A stretch of 64,000 nt of DNA from positions 107,333 through 171,332 of the forward strand of contig DFBZ01000038.1 of NCBI GenBank assembly GCA_002366835.1. The letters are read 5' to 3'. The notes below the pieces were generated by a model, which saw only the letters and a program-made list of their open reading frames with translations, had not been told where the DNA came from and searched no databases. A program made the translations under genes and the position numbers. The number at the start of each line of letters is the position of its first letter. Positions within the stretch are counted from its first letter, which is position 1. Of this stretch, positions 62,587 to 64,000 are shown piece after piece. The DNA comes from Gammaproteobacteria bacterium UBA3067 (lineage in GTDB: Bacteria > Pseudomonadota > Gammaproteobacteria > Pseudomonadales > UBA3067).

Positions 62587-63429
62587 ATGCAAACAGAAAA
62601 AAAAATTCTTATCACTGAATGCCCCGATCAAAAGGGCCTTGTGGCAAAAATTACCGCTATCTGTTTTAAGCAAAACCTCAATATTATTAAAAACAGCGAA
62701 TTCGTCGACAACCTCAATGGGCGTTTTTTTATGCGCACTGAGCTAGAGGGCGATTTCAAAAACGGACACCTACTGACTGAGCTAGATCAGGCACTGCCGT
62801 CCGGCAGTCATTCGCGCCTGGTGAGCAAAGGCAGAAAAAAAATGGCTGTGCTCGTTACAAAAGAAGCCCACTGCCTTGGTGAGCTGTTAATCAAAAGCCA
62901 CTACGGGTCTTTGGATGCGGATATCGTCACCGTTATAGGTAACCACGACACACTGAAAGACCTTGTAAAAAAATTCTCTATTCCATTTCACGTTGTCGAC
63001 CATCAGGGCGTTTCGAGAGAAGAGCACGAAAGGGAATTATTACAGGTGTTATCCCGGTACGAATTTGATTACGTAGTACTGGCAAAATACATGCGAATTT
63101 TAACGGCTGACTTTGTTTCATCCTTTCCCAGCCGCATCATCAATATTCACCACTCTTTTCTCCCCGCGTTTATCGGTGCAAAGCCTTACCACCAAGCCTA
63201 CGAACGAGGCGTAAAAATAATTGGCGCCACCGCCCACTTTGTTAACAATGATCTGGATGATGGGCCTATTATTACCCAGGCAGTGATTCCCGTTGATCAC
63301 AGTTATAAACCCGAAGATATGGCCAAAGCAGGGCGCGAGGTGGAAGAATCGGTTTTGACCGGTGCGCTGCAAAAGGTGATTGATGAGAAGGTGATCGTGC
63401 ATGGGAAGCGCACGGTGGTTTTTGATTAG
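62587..63429 (+). CDS. purU: Formyltetrahydrofolate deformylase
   Basis: A 280-aa protein with an N-terminal ACT domain plus a formyltransferase domain (IINIHHSFLPAF, GATAHFV). Confidence 0.93.
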   Translation: MQTEKKILITECPDQKGLVAKITAICFKQNLNIIKNSEFVDNLNGRFFMRTELEGDFKNGHLLTELDQALPSGSHSRLVSKGRKKMAVLVTKEAHCLGELLIKSHYGSLDADIVTVIGNHDTLKDLVKKFSIPFHVVDHQGVSREEHERELLQVLSRYEFDYVVLAKYMRILTADFVSSFPSRIINIHHSFLPAFIGAKPYHQAYERGVKIIGATAHFVNNDLDDGPIITQAVIPVDHSYKPEDMAKAGREVEESVLTGALQKVIDEKVIVHGKRTVVFD

Positions 63430-63485
63430 GAGGGTTTAAGTCTGCAAGTTAGTTTATGCGAAAAGGAGGTTACTCCTTATAATTT

Positions 63486-63845
63486 TTAGATAAAGTCCTT
63501 AAAAAGGTGACCTGGAAAAAATTTTCGAGTGCTCTGTTTGCCTATGCTATCCATCAACACACTCAGTTCCGCCTGCTTTTTAAAAGACAAAACCTTCAAG
63601 TCCGTGCATAGGCGCATTTCCAGCTTGAGTAACTCAAACTCATCTAAAAAAGTGTCCACCGGCGCTTTTTTATCGGTCGTTTTATTGGCGCGGTAAATAC
63701 TTCTGACCAGTTGCAGGGCATCACGTCTCATATCCTGCCCCAAGGTGTATTTATACTCCTTGGGGAAATCCCGGGTGCACTCAAAAATTTTCAGAATCAA
63801 TTGGTACGTTTCCCGGTACACGGGCAAGTCATAATACAATGCCAT
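63486..63845 (-). CDS. Four-helix-bundle protein (23S rRNA intervening-sequence protein / Avd-like family)
   Basis: A 119-aa protein. Its N-terminus MALYYDLPVYRETYQLILKIFECTRDFPKEYKYTLGQDMRRDALQLVRSIYRAN matches my memory of this family (helix 1 with a ...FPK.E.Y.L..Q.RR.A pattern). Confidence 0.8.
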   Translation of the reverse strand: MALYYDLPVYRETYQLILKIFECTRDFPKEYKYTLGQDMRRDALQLVRSIYRANKTTDKKAPVDTFLDEFELLKLEMRLCTDLKVLSFKKQAELSVLMDSIGKQSTRKFFPGHLFKDFI

Positions 63846-64000
63846 AATAATTTTCGACCGCTTCGCGGTAAAACAAATAGTTAAATAGATAAATAGTTAA
63901 AAAGCCCGAACAGCACGTACTCTGAACGTATTGAACTTAATGCTGTAGCCCTGGAAGCCATTGTCGAAGTCCTGAGCCCACGGGACGTAAGCCGAGACCT
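63846..64000. repeat. Upstream flank of the four-helix-bundle gene carrying hairpin-family motifs (element D). It is truncated by the window edge.
   Basis: The reverse complement reads ...agggctacagcattaagttcaatacgttcagagtacgtgctgttcgggc.... Element A reads agggctacatgaggagttgagtacggagctgacgccgctatcgggc. Confidence 0.5.

Noticed and set aside
63486-63845. The four-helix-bundle gene as the Avd component of a diversity-generating retroelement
   Set aside because: Downstream of the gene (lower coordinates) is the convergent housekeeping gene purU, only 56 nt away. No reverse transcriptase or template/variable repeat pair is visible in the window. A DGR lying entirely beyond 64000 cannot be excluded but is not supported.

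Overview
The window is a gammaproteobacterial chromosome segment of mid-40s % GC (estimated by eye) and is mostly core genome. Housekeeping blocks follow an E. coli/Pseudomonas-like order: argD-argF, metG, dcd, purM-purN, hflD-mnmA-nudix, moaCDE, cspD/clpS-clpA/infA-bpt-aat-trxB, ald, and ftsK-lolA-rarA-crcB-serS-cysG-purU. I found no rRNA, tRNA, CRISPR array, transposase or integrase.

Four parts are less ordinary:
1. A polyhydroxyalkanoate locus at 1-7053. A class III phaE-phaC pair sits in one tight operon with a Zn-alcohol dehydrogenase and a Pct/YdiF-type CoA-transferase. phaR, an alpha/beta hydrolase and a phasin lie nearby, and no phaA or phaB is in the window.
2. A five-gene operon at 7648-17106 encoding circularly permuted ATP-grasp, alpha-E and transglutaminase proteins, a conserved system with no experimentally established function.
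3. A MoxR-DUF58-TgpA transglutaminase operon at 28366-32342, preceded by an AT-rich 0.86-kb non-coding gap and a Lar-like zinc-ribbon gene.
4. A family of related intergenic inverted-repeat/hairpin elements at 7473-7622, 35901-36130 and (degenerate) about 17625-17815. Their sequence motifs recur around a four-helix-bundle (23S rRNA IVS-protein/Avd-like) gene at the right window edge (63486-63845). This family is the structure I consider most worth following up.

All calls come from reading the translated ORFs and the nucleotide sequence by eye. No database search was run.
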